Positions 16,938-26,687 of a stretch of 64,000 bases of DNA are shown here, one piece after another. Position numbers and translations under genes: made by a program. The stretch comes from Candidatus Thorarchaeota archaeon (GTDB lineage: Archaea > Asgardarchaeota > Thorarchaeia > Thorarchaeales > Thorarchaeaceae). How positions within the stretch are numbered: the first letter of the stretch is position 1; the number at the start of each line of letters is the position of its first letter. The notes beneath the pieces were generated by a model. It was not told the origin of the DNA and made no database searches. It worked only from the letters and a program-made list of their open reading frames with translations. The stretch lies in NCBI GenBank assembly GCA_016933575.1, contig JAFGAR010000088.1, positions 64,001 through 128,000 on the forward strand, in the 5' to 3' direction.

Positions 16938-18545
16938 CTAGAGAGGTTTGAAGAGATACGGACCTTTATCAACAAAACCCAGTCCACGATAGTACTCCTT
17001 GACTCCAATCCCACTATTGACGAGTATCTGCTTAGCATCGAACTCGGTCCTAGCAATCTCATCAGCATGACTAAGCATCTTTTCGCCCAAGCCTAGATGC
17101 TGCCAAGCTCCCTCATCACGTTTTCCGATTTCGACTACTGGGCCATAGACACGTAGCTCTCTAATGATCGTTGATGGAAACTCGGTTATTTCAGAACGAA
17201 ATGTGTTAGCACTTGGATGTCGGAGTCGTATGAATCCAAATAGGATATCCAGGTCAGGCTCTTCATAAGAGAGAAATATCTCCGTACCACCAGCAGCCTC
17301 GTAGTCGCGTCGGATGAGTTTGATATTGTCGGGATCTATGGACTCATCAGACCTCATCTGAAAATGACCAATCTCTCTAAAGCGGATGGTAGGATTCCTC
17401 AATCCTTCCAGTTTCATTTTATGATGAACCAACTCTCGTAGATTGCCCTGATTTAGGCCAGCTTCAATCTGGTGTAAGGGGATATCTCTCTGCATTCTCT
17501 GAATACGAACATATTCGGGCATTTTACTGACTGCAGTGGAAACAACCGAAATTATCTCTTCATTTGTAAGAGGGGTATAATCGCCATTCATCCACCAATC
17601 GTATAGTTTTGTATTCTTCACAACAATAGTTGGATAGACCTTTAGCATATCTGGACGAAATCTGGGATCAGAGAACAACTGCCCAAATGTCGCAATATCA
17701 TCTTCGGGAGTTGTACCAGGAAGACCAGGCATCATGTGGTAGCATACCTTGAGACCGCTATCTCGGAGAAGTTGTGTGGCTTGAACTGTTGCATCAACAC
17801 CATGACCTCGTTCCACCAATTCGAGTATCTCTTCTGAGAGAGTCTGCACCCCAATCTCAACACGGGTAGCTCCCATCATGAGCATAGCATCAACACTCTC
17901 TTTGGTGATCCAGTCCGGACGTGTTTCAAAGGTCAGGCCGACATTTCTAATTGAAGAGGTTTCATTCTGCTTCATTGCCTGTAGGAGTGTGGTGCTTATA
18001 CTACCATTCATGGCATCAAGGCAACCCTTCACAAAGAATTGTTGATATTCACCAGGTTTGGAACACCAATCACCTCCCATGATGATTAGTTCCACTTTGT
18101 TTACGCTATGACCTATATTCCGTAATTGAATGAGTCTGCTGTCAACTTGACGATAAGGGTCAAAATCATTCTGAATCCCTCGCATAGTAGCAGGTTCATA
18201 CCCAGTATAACTCTGGGGAACTCCAAGATCTGGGCCACCAGGACAATAGGCGCACTTGCCATGAGGACAGGCTTGAGGTTTTGTCATAGCGGCTACAACA
18301 GCAACCCCGGAAACTGTCCGTACAGGACGTTTCTGAAGGAAAGGACGGAGAAGCTCTTCTTCTTCAGGAATTGTAACCTGAAGGAGGTCAGCGTTAGACG
18401 GGGCTCTTGGATAGTGATAGCGTGCACAGACTTTATTTTTGATACGATTAATGGCCCGACGATTAAGCGATTCATTGGAGTTGAGAAGCTCCTTAACTAT
18501 CTCCCTACAAACAACATAGTCATCAGGGTCGGTCATATAGTACAA
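16938..18545 (-). CDS. elp3: tRNA U34 acetyltransferase Elp3
   Basis: CPHGKCAYCPGG radical SAM motif, QSYTGYEPA, IRELRVYG, WQHLGLG. Confidence 0.97.
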   Translation of the reverse strand: MYYMTDPDDYVVCREIVKELLNSNESLNRRAINRIKNKVCARYHYPRAPSNADLLQVTIPEEEELLRPFLQKRPVRTVSGVAVVAAMTKPQACPHGKCAYCPGGPDLGVPQSYTGYEPATMRGIQNDFDPYRQVDSRLIQLRNIGHSVNKVELIIMGGDWCSKPGEYQQFFVKGCLDAMNGSISTTLLQAMKQNETSSIRNVGLTFETRPDWITKESVDAMLMMGATRVEIGVQTLSEEILELVERGHGVDATVQATQLLRDSGLKVCYHMMPGLPGTTPEDDIATFGQLFSDPRFRPDMLKVYPTIVVKNTKLYDWWMNGDYTPLTNEEIISVVSTAVSKMPEYVRIQRMQRDIPLHQIEAGLNQGNLRELVHHKMKLEGLRNPTIRFREIGHFQMRSDESIDPDNIKLIRRDYEAAGGTEIFLSYEEPDLDILFGFIRLRHPSANTFRSEITEFPSTIIRELRVYGPVVEIGKRDEGAWQHLGLGEKMLSHADEIARTEFDAKQILVNSGIGVKEYYRGLGFVDKGPYLFKPL

Positions 18546-18605
18546 ATTCCGCGGATTTCTGTTTAATAGGATGTGGTCTGGACAGATATCACGCTAGTCA
18601 AACAC

Positions 18606-19181
18606 TCACCGTTCGGGAGTGAGTGTAACATCATCGAGACAGAGCTCTTCAGAAAATGGATTTTCCGTTGATAATGGAAGTTGTCCAGCAATCACCGTTT
18701 CAATTCCAAACCGGGTACAGACATCCTGAAGGGTTGAGATAGCGACACGGGTCCAACAGGTCACATCAATCTCTCCGGGTACTGCAATCTCCCTCATCAT
18801 TATACTGAAGGGCTTCACATGCTCTGCAGTCAATATTTTCGCAACCGCGGATAACACGACCTTTCGTTCATCACTTAATGAGTGGGCATAGAGTAATATA
18901 AGCCGGTCTACTGCCTCAGGGGTTCCTATAGAGGACAGGGTGCTAATTCCTGTTAGCCACTCTTCATAATCTTCAGAGTTCAGTAATTTTTCGCAATAGT
19001 CTATTAAATCGGGATCGTGTCTTCGGGCAAGTTCTGCAAGTGCAGGTCTGCGGAGAACAAGGTGAACCTTTTCATCGTTGACCAAATCCCACAGCCGCGT
19101 ACTATCAACATCAACGTGCAGGGGGGTATGGTCTTCAACCGGGTAGTGCTTCGATAGAAGACGCAGCTGTGGGTGGGTCAT
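18606..19181 (-). CDS. HEAT-repeat-like hypothetical protein
   Basis: Helical-pair pattern RRPALAELA / GISTLSSIGTPEAVDRL / VLSAVAKI. Confidence 0.6.
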   Translation of the reverse strand: MTHPQLRLLSKHYPVEDHTPLHVDVDSTRLWDLVNDEKVHLVLRRPALAELARRHDPDLIDYCEKLLNSEDYEEWLTGISTLSSIGTPEAVDRLILLYAHSLSDERKVVLSAVAKILTAEHVKPFSIMMREIAVPGEIDVTCWTRVAISTLQDVCTRFGIETVIAGQLPLSTENPFSEELCLDDVTLTPER

Positions 19182-19317
19182 GAACTGCTGTATAGACCAT
19201 TGCTAATAAGGTCGTCATACTTTCTTGGAGCGAAAATTGCGCATTTACGAATGGTGCTCATTGGATACCTTTTTATGATAACATTTCAGAAAACAATACT
19301 GTCAAGGTGATAATGAG

Positions 19318-19479
19318 ATGCCTGGTTCACATGGTTCACTTACAAAGGCAGGTAAAGTTCGCGAATCAACACCAAAAGTAAAGGGTCGTGAACGACATAC
19401 TCCTATTCCTCGTATTCGTAACAAGAGGAACTTCATAAAAAGATTCGTTCAAGGTCAGACGATTGGAGTTCGGAAATAG
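19318..19479 (+). CDS. rps30e: 30S ribosomal protein eS30
   Basis: Not in ORF track. MPGSHGSLTKAGKVRESTPKV...RNFIKRFV (53 aa). Confidence 0.96.
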   Translation: MPGSHGSLTKAGKVRESTPKVKGRERHTPIPRIRNKRNFIKRFVQGQTIGVRK

Positions 19480-19642
19480 CTCTCTTTTGTAACTTAGTTC
19501 TTTGATTGTGCCATTTACAGAAGTATCATTCTGCGGTAGAGTATACATGTTTCCATTTTTTAGAGCGATATTCTAAATAGTCGGATTGTTTTCCTAAAAT
19601 GAGAAATTCAGCACGCCTTGGCGCGAGGGGATTTCAAAGTAG

Positions 19643-20002
19643 GTGATTCGTAACATGGCAAGTGAATTTACATATGAGGATGCAGGGAAGCTCATAATTC
19701 TCGCACTCAATGCTGGCCACGCTATATTTGCAATGGGTGTTTCACTTTTTGGGATTATATTTCTCTTCAGTGAAGGCCCAGTAATTGGATTCATTCTGGG
19801 ATTAGTATTGTTACTAGTATCGTGGATGTATCTCAAACCAGCTAAGAAAGAGGGTCTGATGTACGCATTCATAATAAACATCATTACAATTCCAGTATGG
19901 ATTATCTATATACCATTCCCAATATGGGTGTACACAGTTACCTTTGCAATAATGGTCATAATTTTCATGCTTCCACCCCAATTTAGAGCCAAATTCATAT
20001 AA
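19643..20002 (+). CDS. Small multi-TM membrane protein
   Basis: About four hydrophobic segments. Confidence 0.7.
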   Translation: MIRNMASEFTYEDAGKLIILALNAGHAIFAMGVSLFGIIFLFSEGPVIGFILGLVLLLVSWMYLKPAKKEGLMYAFIINIITIPVWIIYIPFPIWVYTVTFAIMVIIFMLPPQFRAKFI

Positions 20003-20025
20003 TGGAATGTATCTGGTAAATGAAT

Positions 20026-20070
20026 AGATCGGGCGGGCTTAAGAAGACCAGTCCGATCTCTTCTTTTTCT
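20026..20070 (+). terminator. Hairpin plus T tract between convergent genes
   Basis: AGATCGG...CCGATCT stem followed by CTTCTTTTTCT. Confidence 0.55.
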
Positions 20071-20082
20071 TCTAAATTTTGA

Positions 20083-20904
20083 TCAATACTTTTTCTTTAT
20101 TCCAACCGCATCTCGGTAATATCTTCCAAAATCATTGAAGTTTGCAAGTTGTTCACCTCGGAATACAGGACCGTCAACACAGACCAGATGGCCTGTTGGA
20201 TCCATTGCACATGTGCCGCATATGCCACATCCGCATTTCATGAATCTCTCGAGAGATGCTTGGACTGGAGTCTTGAATTCTTGAGAGAGTCTATAGAGAC
20301 CAGCCATCATGAGTTCTGGACCACATGTATAGAGCATATCATACTCATTTTCTTGCAGTAATACCTTAGCAGCCTCAGTTGCTAGACCCTTGTATCCTAA
20401 ACTACCATCATCTGTGGATAGTTCTAGAGAGAATTTGGATGATGAGATTCCTGAATATTCATTGAAGAATACTAGTTCGTCCTTTGTTTTGGCAGCAATA
20501 AGAAGAGTCACCTCAGTATTTTGCTTGAGAAGAGTATAGACAAGCGGTCTTAGAGGTGCCATTCCTACACCTCCTCCAATGACAAGAACTTTCTTACTGG
20601 TCATATCAAAAGATGACCCAAAGGGACCTCTAATGCCAATCCAGTCACCAGCTGTTAGAGAACATAGTTTTTGGGTTGCTTCACCAAGAGGTAATACAGT
20701 GATAGAAAGACTGGATTCATCTTGGGCCGATATACTCATTGGTATTTCATCTATGCCTGGAATCCAAATCATAAAGAACTGTCCTGGAAGAATTGACATT
20801 CTGTTTTCATAAGAGAATCTTAGAGTTCTGACCAAAGGAGTTTCTCTTATGACCTCAGATATCTGAACAGAGTGCGAGTCTCCCAGTAGACTTTCTATTT
20901 TCAT
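20083..20904 (-). CDS. pyrK: Dihydroorotate dehydrogenase electron transfer subunit
   Basis: PGQFFM, RGPFG, GGGVGMAP, CGP, MKCGCGICGTC...VCVDGPVF. Confidence 0.95.
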   Translation of the reverse strand: MKIESLLGDSHSVQISEVIRETPLVRTLRFSYENRMSILPGQFFMIWIPGIDEIPMSISAQDESSLSITVLPLGEATQKLCSLTAGDWIGIRGPFGSSFDMTSKKVLVIGGGVGMAPLRPLVYTLLKQNTEVTLLIAAKTKDELVFFNEYSGISSSKFSLELSTDDGSLGYKGLATEAAKVLLQENEYDMLYTCGPELMMAGLYRLSQEFKTPVQASLERFMKCGCGICGTCAMDPTGHLVCVDGPVFRGEQLANFNDFGRYYRDAVGIKKKY

Positions 20905-20905
20905 G

Positions 20906-21787
20906 CTATCGTCCCCCTGCCAATCCAATTATTTCAGAAGTATCCCGATACCCTTTCTCCCCAAGGTAGGAAGATACACCACTCTTGATTTTTGAGAAGA
21001 TTGTTAGGTCATCCATCACAGCAGTACCAATTTGAATTGCACTGGCTCCAGCCAAATGCATCTCTATTGCATCTTGCCAACTAGATACTCCACCTACACC
21101 AATAATTGGGATTGAGAGTGTTTGGGAGAGATCATATACACATCTGACCGCAATTGGAAAAATTGGCGGGCCAGATAGACCACCAACTCTATTCCCTAGG
21201 ACAGGGCGCATCTGGTGAATATCAATCTTCATACCGCGAACCGTGTTGATTGCAACAATCGCATCAGCTCCGGCTTCCTCAGCAGCCTTTCCAATGGCAA
21301 CATAATCAGACGCATTTGGTGTAATTTTTGCAAAGACTGGAAGATGAACAGCCTCCTTTGCAGCTTGCACAAAATTCGATGTGAGTTTTGTACTATGAGA
21401 TATCTGGCTAATTGTAGCATGAGGACATGAGAGATTGAGTTCAATGGCTGATGGTTTCATTTTTTCACCTTTTTCAGCGATGATTGCAATCTCTTCAGGT
21501 GTATCTCCAAATATACTGAGAATAACTGGGATCTTAGCTTCTTTAAGCAAGTGCATCTCATTTGCAAACTCATCAATCCCAGGATTTGTGAGGCCTACTG
21601 CATTTAGCAATCCACCGTGAGAACTAGTAAGGACAGGACCTGGGTGTCCCTTTCGTGAAACAAGACCAATTGATTTTGTGACAACTGCATCAGCGCCGGA
21701 TTTTGTTGCGCGGATCATTGTGGATGCAGTCACTCCAAGTATTCCGGATGCTAACCAGTAGCCGCTAATTTTCAATTGGTCACCCAT
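20906..21787 (-). CDS. pyrD: Dihydroorotate dehydrogenase class 1B
   Basis: ASG, VTKS, NAVGLTNPG, ELNLSCPH, GGLSGP. Confidence 0.96.
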   Translation of the reverse strand: MGDQLKISGYWLASGILGVTASTMIRATKSGADAVVTKSIGLVSRKGHPGPVLTSSHGGLLNAVGLTNPGIDEFANEMHLLKEAKIPVILSIFGDTPEEIAIIAEKGEKMKPSAIELNLSCPHATISQISHSTKLTSNFVQAAKEAVHLPVFAKITPNASDYVAIGKAAEEAGADAIVAINTVRGMKIDIHQMRPVLGNRVGGLSGPPIFPIAVRCVYDLSQTLSIPIIGVGGVSSWQDAIEMHLAGASAIQIGTAVMDDLTIFSKIKSGVSSYLGEKGYRDTSEIIGLAGGR

Positions 21788-21880
21788 TTTGTTGGAGAGA
21801 TTATTGCGTAATAAGCTAGTTGGCAACCTTTATCCGGAATGCAAACATCATGCAACTAACATGTTAAGGATGGATTCGCT

Positions 21881-23128
21881 GTGTCATTACATCTCGTATT
21901 ATCAGCCTTTGGGATTTTTGCGTTAGATGAGAAGAATGAGGTGATAGCAAAACGTGTTTTCTATCCTGATGCAAAAGCAGCTGTTTCCAATTTACTTGAG
22001 ATAGGAGAAGGAAAAACGAATAGTACGATTGAGTCAATAGTTGCGGATATTGGCAAAATTGGTTCAGAGACCATCTTTGTTGAAGATCAGATGCTTGCAC
22101 GCTCAATCCCGGATATAACAGGGACTAGCGTAAAGATCGCTGATAGTGAAGTAATAAAATGGTTCAGACAGAATCTTGGTGATTACCTCACGAGACTTGG
22201 CATTGTTCAATCTCAAGACGAAATATCGGGTTTTAGATACAACGTTGGTATTCAGTTATCAAAAGCGAAATTGAGTGCAGCTACAAGCGAAAAGGACCTC
22301 CTCGTAAAGAATGCAATTGATGCGATTGATGAGCTTGACAAGGGCGTTAACGTACTTGTTATGCGTCTACGAGAGTGGTATTCTATTCATCATCCGTCAC
22401 TTAGCGATCTGGTACAGGACCAGGAAGAGTTTACACGAATACTGAATACTTGTTGTGGGAAGGAGAACATAGGCCGTGACTGTTTAGTAAAGGCAGAAAT
22501 TCCTGAAGCCACAGCTGAATCAATAGTGAACGCATTGATTGGTGATATAGGAGCGGAGATGAAAGAGATAGACCTTACGATTATTCAGGGATTAGCTGGG
22601 GCGATAGATAATCTGTATGGTACAAGAAAAGACCTAGAAACCTATGTCACATCTGTGATGGAGATAATAGCTCCAAACATGTCCGCCCTCGTTGGGCCTC
22701 TCATCGGAGCTCGCTTGATAAGTCTGGCAGGATCTCTGAAAGAGTTGGCAAGGAAACCTTCCAGCACAATCCAAGTATACGGAGCTGAAAAGGCACTCTT
22801 TCGTAGTATAAAGACCGGAGCGGATCCACCTAAGCATGGAATAATATACCGGGTGTCAGAAGTCCATAGTTCTGCGTACTGGCAGAGAGGAAAAATCGCT
22901 CGGGCACTAGCAGGAAAACTATCTATTGCTGCCCGAATTGATGCATACTCAGATAGAAATGTAGGTGAGAGCCTGCGTGAGGATTTCCTAGAACGGGTTG
23001 AAGAGATACGAAGACAGAATCCTGAGGCACCCCCTGCAAAACCACCAAAACCAGTTGAGAAAGATAGGAAACCGCAGTGGAAAAAGCGAGATAGAAAAGA
23101 AAAGGGACGACAGGGAGGTCGGAGATAA
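21881..23128 (+). CDS. nop5: C/D box sRNP protein Nop5 (Nop56/58)
   Basis: RLREWYSIH, PSSTIQVYGAEKALF, PPKHGII, RGKIARALAGKL. Confidence 0.97.
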   Translation: MSLHLVLSAFGIFALDEKNEVIAKRVFYPDAKAAVSNLLEIGEGKTNSTIESIVADIGKIGSETIFVEDQMLARSIPDITGTSVKIADSEVIKWFRQNLGDYLTRLGIVQSQDEISGFRYNVGIQLSKAKLSAATSEKDLLVKNAIDAIDELDKGVNVLVMRLREWYSIHHPSLSDLVQDQEEFTRILNTCCGKENIGRDCLVKAEIPEATAESIVNALIGDIGAEMKEIDLTIIQGLAGAIDNLYGTRKDLETYVTSVMEIIAPNMSALVGPLIGARLISLAGSLKELARKPSSTIQVYGAEKALFRSIKTGADPPKHGIIYRVSEVHSSAYWQRGKIARALAGKLSIAARIDAYSDRNVGESLREDFLERVEEIRRQNPEAPPAKPPKPVEKDRKPQWKKRDRKEKGRQGGRR

Positions 23129-23826
23129 TGGTAATCATAAATCCACACAAGTTTCCAGGTGTATTCCTTGCAGAAGATTCTGACAGACAGTCATTATCTA
23201 CCAAATCATTGATTCCTGGTAAGAGTGTATATGGTGAGAAATTGATCAAAGATGGTGTTGATGAGTATCGTATCTGGTCCCCGAGAAGGTCAAAGCTTGC
23301 AGCAGCTATAAGAAAAGGATTGTCAGAGATGCCGATTCAACCCGGATCAAAGATGCTTTACCTAGGTGCAGCTTCGGGTACGACTGTAAGCCATTGTTCA
23401 GATATTGTTGGTCCAAATGGTGTGATATATGCAGTCGAATTCGCTCAGAGAAGCGCAAGAGATTTGGTAGGGTTAGCAGCGTTAAGAAAGAACATAATTC
23501 CAATTGTGGAGGATGCACGGCATCCAGCACGTTACGCACCACTGGTCACTGGTCCAATAGAGGTCATCTATCAAGATGTGGCTCAACCAAACCAAGCAAG
23601 TATTCTATATGAAAATCTAAAGACATTCTGTTCCTTTGGAGCATGGGGATTACTGGCAATCAAAGCACGAAGTATTGATTCAACACAGAACCTCGATAGA
23701 ATCTACAATAAGGAGATTTCAGAATTAGATAGAAAGGGTCTTGAGATTGTAGAGAATATCGACTTGGACCCATTAGAAAAGGATCACAGGTTTATTGTCT
23801 GTCGCGTGACGGAGGAGATGATGTGA
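23128..23826 (+). CDS. flpA: Fibrillarin-like rRNA/tRNA 2'-O-methyltransferase
   Basis: RSKLAAAI, LYLGAASGTTVSH, DVAQPNQA. Confidence 0.98.
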   Translation: MVIINPHKFPGVFLAEDSDRQSLSTKSLIPGKSVYGEKLIKDGVDEYRIWSPRRSKLAAAIRKGLSEMPIQPGSKMLYLGAASGTTVSHCSDIVGPNGVIYAVEFAQRSARDLVGLAALRKNIIPIVEDARHPARYAPLVTGPIEVIYQDVAQPNQASILYENLKTFCSFGAWGLLAIKARSIDSTQNLDRIYNKEISELDRKGLEIVENIDLDPLEKDHRFIVCRVTEEMM

Positions 23827-24290
23827 ATCCATCAATAGATCGGATTATTGAACATGAGATTGATACTCTGAACGATCATCTTCCCATGAAAAGGATTCCA
23901 TTAAAACAACTGTTAGAGACTGATGACCCGCACTTCATCACTCGATGTGGAGATAAATCTGTGTTCCGCATTGAGGAGATTATATGGCTTCGTGACACAA
24001 TACCTGAAGAATTTCACGATGATATCTGTCTGCCAATTGTATTCCTTAGGCGGAATGATTATGGTCCGGGTATCTATACCATAGCTGGGAATAAGTCTGA
24101 ATTATTTCTGGTCCACCATATTCTAGGATATGTTGACCTAGAATGGCAAAATTTTTCAAAGTGGAACCCTGTTGAGCGTCTAGCAAGACCACAAGTCCAA
24201 ATTCTACGCCAGAAATTGCCATCAACTACGACCATTGGAATTGTCTTGATATCAAGAGAAAAAACAAAAGAGGAAACTCTTCAAGATTGA
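23823..24290 (+). CDS. DUF61 family protein
   Basis: LNDHLPMKRIPLKQLL...LPIVF...LRQKLPSTT; conserved position after fibrillarin. Confidence 0.75.
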   Translation: MNPSIDRIIEHEIDTLNDHLPMKRIPLKQLLETDDPHFITRCGDKSVFRIEEIIWLRDTIPEEFHDDICLPIVFLRRNDYGPGIYTIAGNKSELFLVHHILGYVDLEWQNFSKWNPVERLARPQVQILRQKLPSTTTIGIVLISREKTKEETLQD

Positions 24291-24341
24291 AATGACCTGT
24301 TTAGATATCCTGAAAAGGTTTAATCACTGAAGTAATAATGG

Positions 24342-25304
24342 TTGAAAGAGTTGACCAAAGCCAGAACTGAACTAACAGAGGAGATAATTACTCAGTTAGA
24401 TGAGGCTGGATTTAGTCTATCAACTCAGTGTGATGTGAGACCCAGTTGTTTTGATATGGTTGCTCGAAAAGGCAATCGCCTTCTCTTGGTTAAGATCCTC
24501 TCAAATATTGATGCTCTGACCAAGGAAGATGCTGAGGCACTTCAGCTTGTAGCCAACTTCTTTATGGCAACACCGTTGATTGTAGGAAAAAAGACGAGAA
24601 AAGGTGAACTAGACCCCGGAGTTGTTTACAAAAGACATGGTGTCTCTACAATAGCTCCACCTAGTTTTCAAGAGATGATTGCAGAGGAACGAATGCCTCG
24701 TGAATATGCGCAAAGAGGTGGGAGACTTGTTGCAATTGATGGGGCGAAGCTCAGAGAGGCAAGGCTACAACACAACATGACCACAGGTGAACTTGCTGAG
24801 TGTGTCCAAGTTTCTGCCAGAGCTATTCTAGCATATGAAAAAGACCAGATGGACATCAGTATTGACACTGCAGAACGACTTGAGGAATATCTCGAAACTG
24901 ACCTGATGATTCCAATCGATCTTCTTCATGGTCAAGAAGAGAAGACACTACCGCAACATGGTGGACCAACTGATGTCTTAGAACGACGGGTGAACGAGTT
25001 CTTTGCTAGACTTGGAATGAAGGTCCTGTGGACAGACCGAGCACCGTTCCATGTAGCTGCCAAAGAAACAGGACCACCGTTGATTTCGGGGATAGGCTCA
25101 ATCAGAAGTTGGAGTCTCAAGAAACGTATGGAGATTCTCAAGAGCGTGTCAAAAGTCTCAGAGTCAGATGCTGTCATCTTTGTGGAAGAAGGTCAATCTG
25201 AAGAGAACGTATCAGATCTTCCTGTCATTAGGCAACTTGAGCTCGATAATATTGATAAACCTCGTGAACTCAAAAAGATTATTGCAGAGAGATCTGGAGA
25301 ATGA
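24342..25304 (+). CDS. Archaeal Cro/C1-type HTH regulator (COG1395-like)
   Basis: CFDMVARK..LLVKILSNID; central HTH IDGAKLREARL...LAECVQVSARAILAYE. Confidence 0.88.
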   Translation: MKELTKARTELTEEIITQLDEAGFSLSTQCDVRPSCFDMVARKGNRLLLVKILSNIDALTKEDAEALQLVANFFMATPLIVGKKTRKGELDPGVVYKRHGVSTIAPPSFQEMIAEERMPREYAQRGGRLVAIDGAKLREARLQHNMTTGELAECVQVSARAILAYEKDQMDISIDTAERLEEYLETDLMIPIDLLHGQEEKTLPQHGGPTDVLERRVNEFFARLGMKVLWTDRAPFHVAAKETGPPLISGIGSIRSWSLKKRMEILKSVSKVSESDAVIFVEEGQSEENVSDLPVIRQLELDNIDKPRELKKIIAERSGE

Positions 25305-25311
25305 GAAGATT

Positions 25312-25995
25312 TCATTCAAGTCGTGTCTGTTCTGTAGATTCTTCATCAATGATTCTCCTCACAGAGTCCCAACTATGACGAACAATGGATGGTAGTTTCT
25401 TACCGGTTCGAACCAAATTTCTTACGAAATCAACAGTTTTGGGATCTGATGGATACCCAGAACCAAAATCTCCATATTTTTGATGAAGATTGGTAATGAT
25501 TCTGTCCCGTTCAACTTTTGCAAGGATTGAAGCAGCTGAAACTATCGGATATTTAGAATCTGCCTTGTGCTCAGATACGATGATAGTGCCCTTTGCTGCG
25601 AGACCGCTTATTTTTCCAATCTTACTTCCAAATCGGTCAGCCTTCACATCTGCAGCATCAAGATAGACTTTCTCAGGTTTCAGTGTCTTCACTATGGACA
25701 CAAACTCAGAGACTTCAATCTCATTCAGGGTCGTGTGTTTTCGTAAGCTATCAATGTCAGAAGCAGAAATCTCTCGAATTGCAATCTTCTTGGCAATTTT
25801 CATGATTTTTTCACTCAATTTCTCACGTTGCTTGGGGGAAAGTAACTTTGAGTCTCGAACATTGAGTGCTTCGAGTTCATGCATCCTATCTGCATCTACG
25901 AGAACTCCGCAGATAATCATGGGACCAATCATCGGACCTCGACCAGCTTCGTCTACACCTGCGATTCCTGTAAGGCTGGCATCCCGTTTGGTCAT
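25312..25995 (-). CDS. rnhB: Ribonuclease HII
   Basis: GVDEAGRGP, DSK, HKAD, SAASILAKV, GSGYPSDP. Confidence 0.97.
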   Translation of the reverse strand: MTKRDASLTGIAGVDEAGRGPMIGPMIICGVLVDADRMHELEALNVRDSKLLSPKQREKLSEKIMKIAKKIAIREISASDIDSLRKHTTLNEIEVSEFVSIVKTLKPEKVYLDAADVKADRFGSKIGKISGLAAKGTIIVSEHKADSKYPIVSAASILAKVERDRIITNLHQKYGDFGSGYPSDPKTVDFVRNLVRTGKKLPSIVRHSWDSVRRIIDEESTEQTRLE

Positions 25996-26057
25996 GATGC
26001 AAGAGAGAAAAAAAGTCCCTTATTACCGTTCAGTATGGAAGGATATCAAAGAAAGAG

Positions 26058-26195
26058 TGGTGGGGACGGTGGGATTTGAACCCACGATCGACGAGTTACG
26101 CCATGACGACGGTCGTTTGTTGACCCCGTCCATTTCTAGCGCGAATCGCGCCCAGATCTGGAGCCCGTCGCCATACCGGTCTAGGCCACGTCCCC
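26058..26195 (-). tRNA. tRNA-Trp(CCA) with 61-nt intron at 37/38 (26097-26157)
   Basis: Minus strand reads GGGGACG...ACGGG CT CCA G [intron] A CTCGT...GTGGG TTCAAAT CCCAC CGTCCCC A CCA. Confidence 0.93.
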
Positions 26196-26687
26196 GGTGG
26201 CTGGAGGGGTGACCAAATTTTAAGTTAAGAAGTTTTCTACGTGAAACGCAGTTTGTAGATGATGTATCTATATTTCTACAAAAAAGGTGGAAGATAGAAC
26301 TATATTGTTCATAATCGTACAAAATAAAGTACACTGAAATTTAACGTTTTCATCAGTGATTATTGCTAGTTTTGGATGAAATCTTAGAGAGTATCTATCA
26401 ATTAGGATTGCTATTTGTTAACCGTGTATCATGAGAATAGAATATGTGAGTGATATAACAATGATACCAGATTTTAGCCCAAGCATTCCGGAACCCTGGT
26501 AGTAATCCGGAATATACTAAGATTATACACACAAATTTCAGAGATAATACCAGATTTATTGTCCTCTAAATGAGGACAATTTCTATTATTTATTGACTGA
26601 AATTGTTTGATATGTACAAATAATGGACAATTCTAAAAGGAAATCTCCTATCAATGCGTAGTAGATTCTACTTAGGAGCATACCCGC

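Noticed and set aside
19366-19548. 60-aa minus-strand ORF
   Set aside because: Antisense to the real rps30e gene
26023-26334. ORFs 26023-26334(-) and 25694-26212(+)
   Set aside because: Overlap tRNA-Trp and rnhB; shadow ORFs
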